From: TPA_inf: Saccharomyces
Taxonomy: Eukaryota
Length of the DNA stretch: 64,000 nt
NCBI GenBank assembly: GCA_000146045.2
Contig: BK006937.2
Coordinates: forward strand, 252,621 to 316,620
Reading direction: 5' to 3'
Every line of letters starts with the position of its first letter. Within the stretch, counting starts at the first letter, position 1. This document shows, piece by piece, positions 1 through 12,447 of this stretch. The notes under the pieces are model-generated. The model saw only the letters and a list, made by a program, of their open reading frames with translations, was not told the DNA's origin and made no database searches. A program made the position numbers and the translations under genes.

Positions 1-221
1 AAGGACATTGCTAGTGCTTCTTGCTGCTCTTACTTCCGGTTAAAACCTTTGCTTCCTTCAAGGTGTACATGTTTCTTTTCATTCACCTTGTTTCTTTCTT
101 TAAAAAGAGGAAGAGGAAAAAAAAAATTTCGTGTAATGCGAGAAGAACAAATAGGGAAGTGATAACAATAGTATCAATAACAGGCTGCAATCGGGGCAAT
201 TAAGCATCAGAAGAGGGGAAT

Positions 222-1553
222 TTGATGCGGCTGGGGAATGCTTATGCGTATTGCAAGCCGTCGCAAAATGTTGGGCTGAAGCTGGACTTGTTACGGGGTC
301 TTCCAGGGTACGTGGGTCACGCCACGAGTAGGATCAACCGGTTAGAGAACCAGGACAATTACTCCATTAAAATGATGCGGTCGTGGCCTAATGCGTATGG
401 AAGTGCCCTGAACTGCTCTGTATTCGATGGCCATGGGGAGAAAGGTGCGCAACTGTCACAGTTGTTAGCCGATAAATTGTGCAGTAGCCTGGATTTCCCT
501 GAACCCTCCTGGGACAAGCAGGACTTGAAGAAGTTGGTACAGGAATATGCAAGAAGGTTTCCCGAGGGAAATTACTGGAAACATAAGCTGTCCACGTTTG
601 AAAAATTCTACAACAAGTTTATAAAGAACTGCAACTCGAAACAAGAACTGCTGCTGATGAAGGAGGGCGATAGTGCGATCCTTGGACAAAATGGTGGCAG
701 GATGATTTTTGATAAAATGGGGAATATTATTGACAAAATTGCACTGCTCACTGAGCTAGACCGTCTGCGATTGTTCTACGGGTTTGCCAGGTTCGATCTC
801 GACCAATGCTGCGGCCTGGGCACCGCAGCGGGGTCCACAGCGTCGTCCATATTTCTATATCCGTATGATGATCCGAATGCACCCATTGATGAGGGGAAAG
901 ACGATGACTCGTGGATCATATCGCACTCTGGATTGCTCAAACTCATTGTCACGCAGGTGGGCGACTCTAAGATCATCCTCTGCGATCAAGACGGGATTGC
1001 ACACGCATTAACAACAACTCACCACATCAATTCCAGTAGGGAACGACACCGTTTGAGCATAGACCCTTCTCGATTGGACCCAGACGCCTTTGGAGAGACA
1101 AGGTTTTTGAATAATTTCGCCAACACTAGATCGTTTGGTGATGTCGCTGGGAAACCGTATGGTATATCTAGTGAGCCGGATATTTTCTCGTTTCTTGTCG
1201 GAAATACCTTGCATTTGCCGCGATCTGAAAGGTCGAAGCTGCCCTTCAATGGTGATGAATGCTTCCTGGCGCTTGTCACCGACGGCATCACCAATAAACT
1301 TGCAGACCAAGAGGTTGTTGACCTCATCACCTCTACGGTGAACTCCTGGGGACTGAAAAAGGCGACTCCTCAATTTGTTGCAGAGGAGACAATCAAATTT
1401 ATTCAGGCAATAGCCACTAAACACTCAGACAACGCCACTTGCGTGGTGGTTAGGCTTTCCAATTGGGGCAACTGGCCCAATGTTGACAGAACTGGCCCCC
1501 AAAGAGAAACCAAACTAATGAATGCACAATCTAACGAAACAAAATTAAACTAA
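222..1553 (+). CDS. PTC6: Mitochondrial PP2C-type protein phosphatase
   Basis: 443-aa ORF recognised as yeast YCR079W, with PP2C-like motifs (DGHG, LALVTDG). The annotated start may be the second Met, giving 442 aa. Confidence 0.8.
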
Positions 1554-1750
1554 ACACCCCCCTGGGTGGAAACAAGTCCTAGATAATCATCTTTTGTATT
1601 TTTTTTCTTCCTTTTATTAGTATGTATACATATATATTACTTTTTATATTCTTTATAGCGCATTTTAAACACCTTTCTGAAAAAATGCTGAGATTTTTGA
1701 TGCTAATCGAAAGATTAAAAAAAGGTCTATAGAGGTAAGCCAATAACGCG

Positions 1751-4700
1751 ATGAATAACGGTTCTGGTCGATACTTGCTGACTCCCCCAGATGATCTTCA
1801 CCCCTATGTGCCAAGCTCGAAACCTCAGGAACAAGTATACCCTGATTTCAAGCCTTGGGAGCACACTGCAGCAGAAGATCAAATCCTAGCAAACTTTGTG
1901 GCTAAGGGCTTTTACCATACACCAATGGTAAATTTCGAGTCCATATCTGCGAGATCATCTGTTCATGAATCATTAGTCACTCAATCCAACATTCTTTCCC
2001 AGCAATTCGACAAAATTATCAAGATTAGAGAAGACCACATTAATAAGATCCCCTCAAATTCCACGACGACATTACACGGGCCTGGTTTTCAGTTGCCTAA
2101 TAGAATAACCCTTACTGATCATAGAAAGGAAACGTGGTTGCATGAATTGAGTTCGTCTCACACTTCGCTGGTCAAAATTGGCAAGTTTATACCTCACGGC
2201 TTGAAAAGAAGGCAAGTCATCGAGCAGTGCTATTTAAAATTTATACCATTGAAAAGGGCGATTTGGTTGATAAAGTGCTGCTATTTTATCGAATGGAAAT
2301 CGAACCACAAAAAGAAGAGGTCAAATGCTGCTGGGGCAGATGATGCCATTTCCATGCACCTGCTAAAGGACTGGACGGATACCTTTGTATACATCCTGGA
2401 AAAGCTCATCTTTGATATGACAAATCACTATAACGATTCTCAACAACTGCGTACGTGGAAGAGGCAGATTTCTTATTTTTTAAAACTTTTGGGGAATTGC
2501 TACTCACTAAGATTGATCAATAAGGAAATCTTTCATCATTGGCTTGTAGAGTTTATAAATAAGATGGAAAACTTCGAATTTTTGCCATTATCTTTACATA
2601 TTTTGATGATTTTTTGGAACGACATCTGCCAAATTGATACAAATGCTCCTGTTGCGGCTACAATAACATCAAGTCAAAAAGAGCCCTTCTTTCTGGTAAC
2701 AAAAATCACTGATATGCTATTGCACAAATATTATATTGTTTCCAGCAGCAAATCAATGATAAATGACGAGAACTACATCATCAATGATATAAAGAAAAAC
2801 AACAAGATAAAGTTGAATATTCTCAAAATATTATCCAGTTTAATTTTGAAAATTTTTCAAGAACAATCTTTAGAGGTGTTTATATTTCCCACATCTAACT
2901 GGGAAATTTACAAGCCCTTACTTTTTGAAATAGTCTCAAACGCCGACACTAATCAAAATTCTGATATGAAGAAAAAATTAGAGTTAATTAGTTACAGAAA
3001 CGAGTCATTGAAGAATAATTCTTCTATACGAAACGTAATAATGTCTGCCAGCAACGCAAATGACTTTCAATTAACTATCGTCACCTGTAAACAATTTCCA
3101 AAACTATCATGCATTCAATTAAATTGTATAGATACTCAGTTCACCAAGCTACTGGACGATAACCCTACAGAATTCGATTGGCCCACTTACGTTGACCAAA
3201 ATCCCCTTACAATGCATAAAATTATTCAATTAATTCTCTGGTCCATACATCCATCAAGGCAATTTGATCACTATGAATCTAATCAACTGGTAGCGAAATT
3301 ATTACTATTGCGAATAAATTCAACAGATGAGGATTTGCACGAATTCCAGATAGAAGATGCCATTTGGTCATTGGTTTTCCAATTAGCCAAAAATTTTTCG
3401 GCCCAAAAGAGGGTGGTATCATATATGATGCCTTCTTTGTATCGCCTGCTTAATATACTAATTACTTATGGCATCATTAAGGTCCCTACGTATATCAGAA
3501 AGCTAATCAGTTCCGGCCTACTTTATCTCCAAGATTCCAATGATAAGTTTGTGCATGTCCAGCTGTTAATTAACTTGAAAATTTCACCGTTGATGAAAAG
3601 TCAATACAATATGGTATTGAGGAACGTTATGGAATATGACGTTAAATTTTATGAAATTTTTAATTTCGACCAACTCGTGGAAATCACAGAACAAATCAAA
3701 ATGCGAATACTCTCCAATGATATAACTAATTTGCAACTGTCGAAAACTCCTCTGAGCATTAAAATCATGGTTGCAGAATGGTACTTATCACATTTATGTT
3801 CCGGTATTTTATCTAGTGTTAACCGCACAGTGTTGCTAAAAATATTCAAGATTTTTTGTATCGATCTGGAGGTTTTCCACCACTTTTTTAAGTGGATCGA
3901 GTTTATTGTCTACCATCAATTGCTAAGTGATATAGAATCTCTGGAGGCATTGATGGACATCTTGCTATGCTACCAAAAATTGTTCTCACAATTCATTAAT
4001 GACCATATTCTTTTTACGAAGACGTTCATATTCATTTACAAGAAAGTTTTGAAAGAAAAAGACGTGCCTGCTTATAATGTGACTTCATTTATGCCATTCT
4101 GGAAATTTTTTATGAAAAACTTCCCTTTTGTTTTAAAGGTGGATAACGATTTAAGGATTGAGTTACAATCTGTTTACAATGATGAGAAATTGAAAACTGA
4201 GAAGCTGAAGAATGATAAATCAGAAGTCTTGAAGGTGTATTCCATGATCAATAATTCAAACCAAGCTGTTGGACAGACTTGGAATTTTCCCGAGGTGTTT
4301 CAAGTAAACATCAGGTTTCTACTACACAACTCCGAGATCATTGATACAAATACAAGCAAACAGTTCCAGAAAGCACGAAACAATGTCATGCTTTTGATTG
4401 CCACTAACTTGAAGGAGTACAATAAATTTATGTCCATTTTCTTGAAAAGGAAAGACTTTACTAACAAAAATTTAATTCAATTGATCTCTCTAAAACTTCT
4501 AACTTTTGAAGTGACGCAGAATGTGTTGGGGCTCGAGTATATTATTCGATTATTACCAATAAACTTGGAAAATAATGACGGCTCATATGGTCTGTTTTTG
4601 AAGTATCATAAAGAACAATTCATAAAGTCAAATTTTGAGAAAATTTTACTTACATGTTATGAATTAGAAAAAAAATATCATGGCAACGAATGTGAAATAA

Positions 4701-6034
4701 ATTATTATGAGATCCTATTGAAAATTTTAATAACTTATGGGTCATCTCCCAAATTACTTGCAACATCTACAAAAATCATTATGTTGTTATTGAATGATAG
4801 CGTGGAAAACTCATCTAATATTTTGGAGGATATTTTGTACTACTCAACTTGTCCGTCGGAAACCGATCTTAACGATATTCCATTGGGTAGTGGACAACCA
4901 GACAATGACACTGTTGTAACCAACGATGATAAAAGTGACGATGATGATCACACAGTCGACGAAATTGATCATGTAGAATATTACGTTATGATGGACTTTG
5001 CCAATCTTTGGGTTTTCCAAGCGTTTACCTGTTTCTGCATCAAAAAAATCATGGAGAATAATGAGCCAGCAATGGCAATGGAAGACTTGAAGAACTTCAT
5101 ATTCCAAATTATCGAAATAACTAATTCTAATGATTTATGTTCACAAATATTTGACCAACTGAAGGATATGCAGACCATTGAGATGATAACCCAAATAGTG
5201 GAGAAAGATTTCTGCACTTCTTGTTTGCAAAACAACAACCAAAAGATAGATGATAATTACATCGTTGTGGTGATCGAGATTATAACGTCATTATCGATGA
5301 GGTTTCAAAGAGAAACTTCTGGTATGATAGTTATTTCCATGGAGAACTATCATTTACTAATAAAGATCATAAGACAATTAAGTGAACTGAACGAAGGAAA
5401 TTTATCTAAGAGAGAAATCCAAATAGATGCCGTCTTGAAAATTTTTAGCTTTCATCAGGATTCCATTTTCCAACGCATCATCGCTGATTTATCAGCTGAT
5501 AAACCCACAAGTCCATTCATTGATAGCATATGCAAGCTGTTTGATAAAATATCATTTAATTTAAGATTGAAGCTGTTCTTGTACGAAATTTTGTCTTCAT
5601 TGAAATCATTCGCCATCTATTCATCCACAATTGATGCCCCAGCATTCCACACAAGCGGTAAGGTCGAACTACCGAAGAAATTGCTGAACTTACCACCATT
5701 CCAAGTGTCCTCTTTCGTTAAGGAAACAAAACTTCATAGTGGCGACTACGGGGAAGAAGAAGATGCAGACCAAGAAGAATCGTTTAGTTTAAATTTAGGA
5801 ATCGGCATAGTTGAAATAGCGCACGAAAACGAACAGAAATGGCTCATTTATGACAAGAAAGATCATAAATATGTCTGCACATTTTCCATGGAGCCGTACC
5901 ACTTCATCTCCAACTATAATACCAAGTACACAGATGACATGGCTACAGGCAGTAATGATACGACTGCGTTTAACGATTCCTGTGTAAACCTGAGTCTTTT
6001 TGATGCTCGGTTTGAGAGGAAAAATCCACATTGA
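1751..6034 (+). CDS. SRB8: Mediator kinase-module subunit Med12
   Basis: 1427-aa uninterrupted ORF; sequence and length match yeast SRB8 (YCR081W). Confidence 0.9.
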
Positions 6035-6262
6035 TCTCAGAATATATCCAAATGGATAAATTATAAATTTACCAATAACAGTAATTATGTGTCAGTTTTA
6101 ATACCCAACCAATTGATTCCTCTAAATGATACCGTACCAAATGACATGTTTGCCACCGATTATAAAACTGGGGTTTATGAGCGATGGTTAAGGAGGATTA
6201 AGACAAAGTGCTCATCCGCTTACAAGATCAGTACTAGCGTGTACCAGTCTATTTAAACTGGA

Positions 6263-6649
6263 ATGATCACCCCAAAGGGAACGCACGATGCTGTGGCCAA
6301 GTTTCAAAAAACTGACCTGCATCAAGATCTCGATTACATCGTACTGCAACAACGAAGAACACAGCTAGAGACGCTTATTAACGAAAGAGAATCTTTTGTC
6401 AAGAATCTGTGTTCTCTTTTCCACAAAATTCAAAATACCAAGAATTACCAGGAATTTGTTGATGTATTGGCGGAGAATAGGGATTTACTGCGAGAAATTT
6501 TCACTGTAGAGAACGGATTTCAAAAGCAAAAATGGATTAGCAACGACGACATTCCCCAGATAGACTGGGACAAGTTTGCCCTAGATATCAACGCTTATAT
6601 AGCAGAGAACGATCAATTGTTGGCTTTGTATGAAGATGGCTTATTATGA
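6263..6649 (+). CDS. AHC2: ADA HAT complex component
   Basis: 128-aa ORF in the expected position between SRB8 and TRX3; length matches YCR082W. Confidence 0.7.
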   Translation: MITPKGTHDAVAKFQKTDLHQDLDYIVLQQRRTQLETLINERESFVKNLCSLFHKIQNTKNYQEFVDVLAENRDLLREIFTVENGFQKQKWISNDDIPQIDWDKFALDINAYIAENDQLLALYEDGLL

Positions 6650-6957
6650 TCAAATAGCGGCTATGGACATTTTTAAACATATATTTATATATATATACAT
6701 ATATGCGTATATTGCATAAATCACAAAGAAGAACAACGCCCTAGATATAGTGACCCAAAATATTATGTTTAAGTTACTGGTTGGGGTTCATGTACATTTT
6801 TCACTATCTTTTAATTCCAAATGTGGATTGTGCTTCTGCAGATTTTGTTGCCTAGTATTCTGTGATGGAAAAAATTGCCCCGATGAGATATAAAATGAGC
6901 TAGCCCCCTAACCAAAGAAAGCAGGATTGGTTAGTACATAGAGAAACCAAAGCTGTT

Positions 6958-7341
6958 ATGTTGTTCTATAAGCCTGTGATGAGGATGGCGGTGAGACCGC
7001 TAAAAAGCATAAGATTCCAGTCCTCATACACCAGTATTACTAAATTGACGAACCTAACAGAATTTAGGAATTTGATCAAGCAAAATGATAAACTAGTCAT
7101 CGATTTTTATGCTACTTGGTGTGGCCCCTGTAAGATGATGCAACCACACTTAACGAAATTAATTCAGGCTTATCCAGATGTAAGATTTGTCAAGTGCGAC
7201 GTGGACGAATCACCAGATATTGCCAAAGAGTGTGAAGTGACGGCTATGCCCACCTTTGTTCTTGGCAAGGATGGCCAACTCATCGGCAAGATCATTGGAG
7301 CTAACCCTACTGCTTTAGAGAAGGGAATCAAAGATCTATAA
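6958..7341 (+). CDS. TRX3: Mitochondrial thioredoxin
   Basis: 127-aa ORF with the WCGPC thioredoxin active site and a basic N-terminal presequence. Confidence 0.9.
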   Translation: MLFYKPVMRMAVRPLKSIRFQSSYTSITKLTNLTEFRNLIKQNDKLVIDFYATWCGPCKMMQPHLTKLIQAYPDVRFVKCDVDESPDIAKECEVTAMPTFVLGKDGQLIGKIIGANPTALEKGIKDL

Positions 7342-7406
7342 ATTTTATATTCATGAGCACATGTAGTTTTTTTTTTTTTAGTTTTAAATATAAGAAAAAA
7401 GATAGT

Positions 7407-7437
<31 letters not shown>

Positions 7438-7690
7438 AAAGGAAAGTAAGCTTATACAATACACAAATAAATTCATATCAAAGAATAATGAACCGCAATA
7501 TTCAGAAACACAGGAAAAGGAGGGGAAGGGATGAATGGTGAGGAAAGTAACTGTTTGTTTTAAAGCGTACCTGGATCATAACATAACAAATAAGTAGATA
7601 AAAAAGAATAGAGAGAAAGATATAATGACAATGAATTGAAGAATAGTTTAGTTAGTTACATTTGTAAAGTGTTCCTTTTGTGTTCTGTTC

Positions 7691-9832
7691 TTAATTTGGC
7701 GCTATTTTTTTATACTTCCAAATCCTTGCTTTACAATCACCGCTACCAGTAGCAAAAACGTTATATTCTGGACCCAGCGGAGACCCGTTTGCCACAGCCA
7801 CAGATATAACTGAATTCCTATGACCTTGCAACATCAATAACGGATTGCCGGATTTCTTATCCCAAAACAGGACACCACGATCTTTGGAACCGGACAAGAT
7901 GTACTCATCATTTTGTGTGGTGGCCACGGACAATACAAAGTCTTTATGCCCGATATACGTAACTTCACAAGTGCCGGAATTTGGAGTTTTCGAATCGCTC
8001 TTGTTGTTTGCATTCTGCAAATTCCAGAGCTTAACAGATCTATCTAATGAGCCGGATACAACGCTTTGTCCATCTCTAGTGAAGACAACGCTATAAACAG
8101 AGTCCTTGTGGCCTGTACCGGATTCGTTTTCCGAATCTAGTCTTTCCACCAAGAATCCGGTCTCGGAATCCCAAACTCTCACAGCACGATCTAGAGAACC
8201 AGCAGCGATGTATTTACCATCACCTGGTGATACAGCGACGGTGGTAACACCATCTTCAATGGATAAAGTCAATGAACACTGGCCTGTACGTAAGTCCCAA
8301 ATACGAACGGTACGGTCACCAGAACCGGAGACTAATTTGTCACCTGAGGGAAAGTAGTCCAATGAATAAATATCTTGTTCGTGGCCTTGAAGAATCATAA
8401 CAATCTTTCTATTTTCAATATCCCAAATTCTAATCAGTCTGTCTTCAGCACCTGTTGCCAAAAATTTCCCATCTGGAGAAAAACACACTGAACGGATATA
8501 CAAGTCGGATGATGGGGAAGACGAAGTGTTCAGGTTTTCCACATCTTTTGCCAATTCTGCTGCCGAAGTCATCGCTGTGGTAGTAATTGTGGTGGTAGTA
8601 GTGGTTGTCATTGTATTGTTATCCGTGGACGTGGTGGTGTTATTTTCAGTGATCGAATTTCGATGGTTATTGGCAGCAGAATCGTCAGATAGACGGGCCA
8701 CCAGAGAACCATCTGAAACGCGATACACTTGAGTAGTTTTGTTGCAGCCTGTGGCTAAGTATTCACCATCGTTACTGAACTTCACGCAACAAACAACTGA
8801 AGTATGATCCAAAGATTTGTGTAACTCAACGTCAATTTCTCTTGGTAGTGCCGGGTTGTATAAAATATAATAATCATTTGTTTGCTTCTTCAGAGCATCG
8901 GGAACAGACTGGGAATCTAGATCCAAAAGGAAAGGTGGGATAGGTTTAGAGTGGTTTGCTCTTTGATTATAAGGGACTAAGTAGTGATCCTGGTGCAAAC
9001 TAGCCGGGGTGGCGTCTTCCTCCTTAGGTTTGATTTCAGTTTCAGTTGCGGTGGTAGTGGTGGCCGTGGTGGCGGATCCGGTGTCATTTATCTTCGAGGT
9101 ATTATTATTTTCCGGTTCAGTTTCTTTCAACGTAGATTCAGGTGCCTTGACAGAGGGTAAAGTAGTGGTCTCTTTAGAAGTAGGAGATCCGTTGATGGCT
9201 GTGTTACTCAATGGTGCCACGGAAACCTGGGGAGGTGGTTGCTGTTGTTGAAGTTGCTGCTGTTGCAGTTGCTGTTGTGGTAGTTGTTGTTGGGCGTTTG
9301 AGGACACCACAGGCAAAGTGGTGGTAGGCAACTGTGAGCCAACCAGATTAGGACGGCTAGCTTGTACTGGGAAGGCCGATGGCGAACCAGTAGTTGTGTT
9401 TGCTGCTGGAGTGGCGGTGGCCGAAGTAGTAGCCGGTGGTTGTTGCGCAACTGGAACAGATGCAGATGCAGCGGCTAGCTGCTGCTGTTGCTGTTGTAAA
9501 TGCTGCTGGACCTGTTGCTGCTGTTGCTGTTGCCGCTGTTGCTGGACGGTCAAAGATGCAATTTGATGGTCTCTTTGCTCCAGCCCTAGTTTCAAGTGCT
9601 TGATCTCTTCTTCGTACGCGTCCTTCATTTTCCTGTGAGTTAGTTCCAGTTCGTAGACGGTGTTTCTTATCTGCTGCATCTCAGCCAGCTGCTGGTTCAT
9701 TTTGAAATCGTAATCCTTTTGGTTTTGAAGACGGTAGGTATTTGCCTCTTGTGAGACTTGGAGAAACTCCTGTCTGATGGCATCGAGAAGCTCATTCAGC
9801 TTATTCTGCGTATTCGAAACGCTGGCAGTCAT
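7691..9832 (-). CDS. TUP1: General transcriptional corepressor with WD40 repeats
   Basis: 713-aa ORF with an N-terminal coiled coil, poly-Q tracts encoded by CAG/CAA runs at about 9210-9560, and seven C-terminal WD40 repeats (GH...WD motifs). Confidence 0.95.
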   Translation of the reverse strand: MTASVSNTQNKLNELLDAIRQEFLQVSQEANTYRLQNQKDYDFKMNQQLAEMQQIRNTVYELELTHRKMKDAYEEEIKHLKLGLEQRDHQIASLTVQQQRQQQQQQQVQQHLQQQQQQLAAASASVPVAQQPPATTSATATPAANTTTGSPSAFPVQASRPNLVGSQLPTTTLPVVSSNAQQQLPQQQLQQQQLQQQQPPPQVSVAPLSNTAINGSPTSKETTTLPSVKAPESTLKETEPENNNTSKINDTGSATTATTTTATETEIKPKEEDATPASLHQDHYLVPYNQRANHSKPIPPFLLDLDSQSVPDALKKQTNDYYILYNPALPREIDVELHKSLDHTSVVCCVKFSNDGEYLATGCNKTTQVYRVSDGSLVARLSDDSAANNHRNSITENNTTTSTDNNTMTTTTTTTITTTAMTSAAELAKDVENLNTSSSPSSDLYIRSVCFSPDGKFLATGAEDRLIRIWDIENRKIVMILQGHEQDIYSLDYFPSGDKLVSGSGDRTVRIWDLRTGQCSLTLSIEDGVTTVAVSPGDGKYIAAGSLDRAVRVWDSETGFLVERLDSENESGTGHKDSVYSVVFTRDGQSVVSGSLDRSVKLWNLQNANNKSDSKTPNSGTCEVTYIGHKDFVLSVATTQNDEYILSGSKDRGVLFWDKKSGNPLLMLQGHRNSVISVAVANGSPLGPEYNVFATGSGDCKARIWKYKKIAPN

Positions 9833-10771
9833 ATTGGTTTGGATGGAAAGCTGATTTCTTTCTTCCCCTGCTTATCAAAAAAGACAAAAAAACAATAGAA
9901 AAAGAGTAGTGGTGTGCGAAAGGTAACTTGGCGTGAAAGAAAATTAAACAATTGCAGAAGGACAGATAGAGGGGCACGTGTTCAGCCAGTTGTTCTTGCT
10001 TCGCTGATGTTTATCAATTGGGGGTAGATGGGGGAATTTCTCTCTATTTGTTTACTTATGTACTTGTTATTTTGTTTTGTTGTTTGTTGCTTTGACGGGA
10101 GAGCTTTTTAATTTTTTCGCAGTTTTTCAGTGTTTTTTGAAAAGTACGAAAAATTAAGGTCCGTCGGTAGCGATAATGTAAGAGGGTTCTGTCTCTAAAA
10201 ATGTTAGGGTGAAAGTTCCAAAAAATTATTAACTCCTAGATTGCTCAGCCAAAAAGAAGGGTAAATTAGGGCTTTCCTGGTTTATTTATTTGTTTATGTT
10301 GTTCTTATATACATATGTTTATGTCTTTTTATGTACAAATAATGATGTTTACAATGAAACATCTGTTATGCTATCAAAAACGTCAGCGCATTGTTTTATA
10401 GCTGAAGAAGTTACAACGGATAACGGTCTGATTTGCGGCCTGGCAATGCTTGGTAAAACTAAATATCAATTTTACGAATTATTTACTGTATATAGTATTC
10501 AGTCCCTCACTCAACTGGCGTCAAGAGTGAAGAAGGGCGGCCTCATTATGGCTCGCCTTATTCTGTTCACCCTCTGCGCTCTTCCCGTATTATTTCATTT
10601 TATTTTGTTTATGCTTCAATATCTTGTATTTGTTTACATTGAAAAATGATTGGAAAAAGGTCACATTGAAATCAAAACAGTGAAGAAGCAGACAGACAAG
10701 AAGGTCATTAGATAGATAAACAGGAACAATAAAAAAAAGAAAGCGAAACAAGACAATCCAACGTGCGCAAA

Positions 10772-11344
10772 ATGGATCCATTGACTGTATACAAAAACTC
10801 AGTGAAACAACAGATCGATTCCGCAGACTTACTAGTGGCAAATTTGGTAAATGAGAATTTCGTACTGTCGGAGAAGCTGGATACAAAAGCAACCGAGATC
10901 AAACAGCTGCAGAAGCAGATAGACTCGCTAAACGCACAAGTCAAGGAGCTGAAGACTCAGACTTCCCAACAGGCAGAAAATTCAGAAGTCATAAAGGACC
11001 TTTACGAGTACCTCTGTAACGTACGTGTACATAAAAGCTACGAGGATGATTCTGGGTTGTGGTTCGACATCTCGCAGGGCACCCACTCAGGGGGATCTTC
11101 CGATGATTATTCGATAATGGACTATAAACTCGGATTTGTCAAGGGCCAGGCCCAAGTCACAGAAGTCATATATGCGCCCGTTCTTAAACAGCGATCCACC
11201 GAGGAACTATACTCGCTACAGTCGAAACTACCGGAATACCTCTTCGAAACGTTGAGTTTCCCCCTCTCGTCGCTAAACCAATTCTATAACAAAATCGCTA
11301 AAAGCCTGAATAAGAAAAGAGAGAAAAAAGATGAAACCGAGTAA
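10772..11344 (+). CDS. CSM1: Monopolin complex subunit
   Basis: The 193-aa ORF begins MRKMDPL; the annotated 190-aa protein starts at the internal Met (MDPLTVYKNS...), with coiled-coil heptads. Confidence 0.8.
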   Translation: MDPLTVYKNSVKQQIDSADLLVANLVNENFVLSEKLDTKATEIKQLQKQIDSLNAQVKELKTQTSQQAENSEVIKDLYEYLCNVRVHKSYEDDSGLWFDISQGTHSGGSSDDYSIMDYKLGFVKGQAQVTEVIYAPVLKQRSTEELYSLQSKLPEYLFETLSFPLSSLNQFYNKIAKSLNKKREKKDETE

Positions 11345-11385
11345 GCTGCTACATAATGTCTATATATCTACACATAAAATTCCGA

Positions 11386-11847
11386 TTATTCCTTTGCATA
11401 CCTGATTTGCCCCTCAGAATCCACAACCAGACTTTTCAAGAAGGTCTTTTTTGCCCCTTTATCCTTCATGGTTTTCAAAATTTTGTACAACGACTTGCCC
11501 TTGTGAAGCTCGATACCGTTCGAGGTCTTTTCCACTTTCTCTGCCTTCTTGATCACAGGCTTCTCCACTTTCTTTGCAGGAGTTGCCACTGGCTGGTGCT
11601 GGTGCTGCTTCTGCTGCTGCTTCTGCTGCTGCTTCTGCTTCTGCTTCTTGTTGCCCTTGTACAACGCTTTCTGGTACTTCTCGTCCTCGCTGATGCAAGA
11701 CGTGTGATTCTTGTAACTCACGCCATCTTCAAACGTCTTGGAGCAATCTATGCATGTATAGTACGCGTTAGGACATCTATAATAATGCTTTTCGGTATTC
11801 TTCTTGGGCACAGTATCATTACACACCTCACAGTTGAACGTAACCAT
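11386..11847 (-). CDS. LYAR-type C2HC zinc-finger nucleolar protein (YCR087C-A)
   Basis: 153-aa ORF with N-terminal Cys/His finger spacing (CEVC...H...C, C..C..H..C) and a K/Q-rich tail encoded by CTGCTGCTTCTG repeats. The overlapping plus-strand ORF at 11356-11871 (YCR087W) is likely spurious. Confidence 0.75.
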   Translation of the reverse strand: MVTFNCEVCNDTVPKKNTEKHYYRCPNAYYTCIDCSKTFEDGVSYKNHTSCISEDEKYQKALYKGNKKQKQKQQQKQQQKQHQHQPVATPAKKVEKPVIKKAEKVEKTSNGIELHKGKSLYKILKTMKDKGAKKTFLKSLVVDSEGQIRYAKE

Positions 11848-12447
11848 CCTGTAATAACAAATATTTCTTGACTGAGACCGTTTGCTGTTGTATACAGAAT
11901 ACTCTTAGAGCTCATCGCAAGTTAAAAATTTTCAATTTTTTTTCACTTTTTCCCGTCAAGGCAAAAAGCAACCAAAAGAGAATGAACCTTTATTTTTGAT
12001 TTATTTATTATGAGATGCTGCTAGTCCACTCATCTGCATCAATGTAGTAGTCACAAAGCTAATATTTAGACGTTACTTTGATATCTCTGTCCATGAGAGC
12101 ACTTATTTTAGGAAGTTAAATGAGACAGTCAATAGTTCACAATATCCCGTCAGCAATGGAGGGAAAAGGCATTCCTTTTCCATAGGATTTTAATCGTTTT
12201 CAAGCATCATACGCCCTCGAGGAACTCTTGTTTTCGCTTTACTATGCAACCATTGATGTATTTCTGTATAAATGTGCGTCACGTGGCCTTGTGTCTCTTA
12301 TTTCCACTTGTTTTTTCACAATGCGGAAAACCTCGATTAAAGTAGAAAAAAAGGATATAATAGGAGTATACCATATTGGATAGTTCAATCTATAAACAAA
12401 CAATCGCATAACCGCACGTATATACACGCACACACCTATCAATCACA

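Noticed and set aside
9318-9566. Cys-rich 82-aa ORF (also 9009-9251 and 9208-9450)
   Set aside because: All are antisense or alternate-frame readings of the TUP1 CAG/CAA poly-Q repeats.
10290-10649. 119-aa ORF between TUP1 and CSM1 (YCR085W-like)
   Set aside because: Low-complexity, hydrophobic and AT-rich codon content, sitting in the divergent promoter region. There are no recognisable domains, so it is treated as a dubious ORF.
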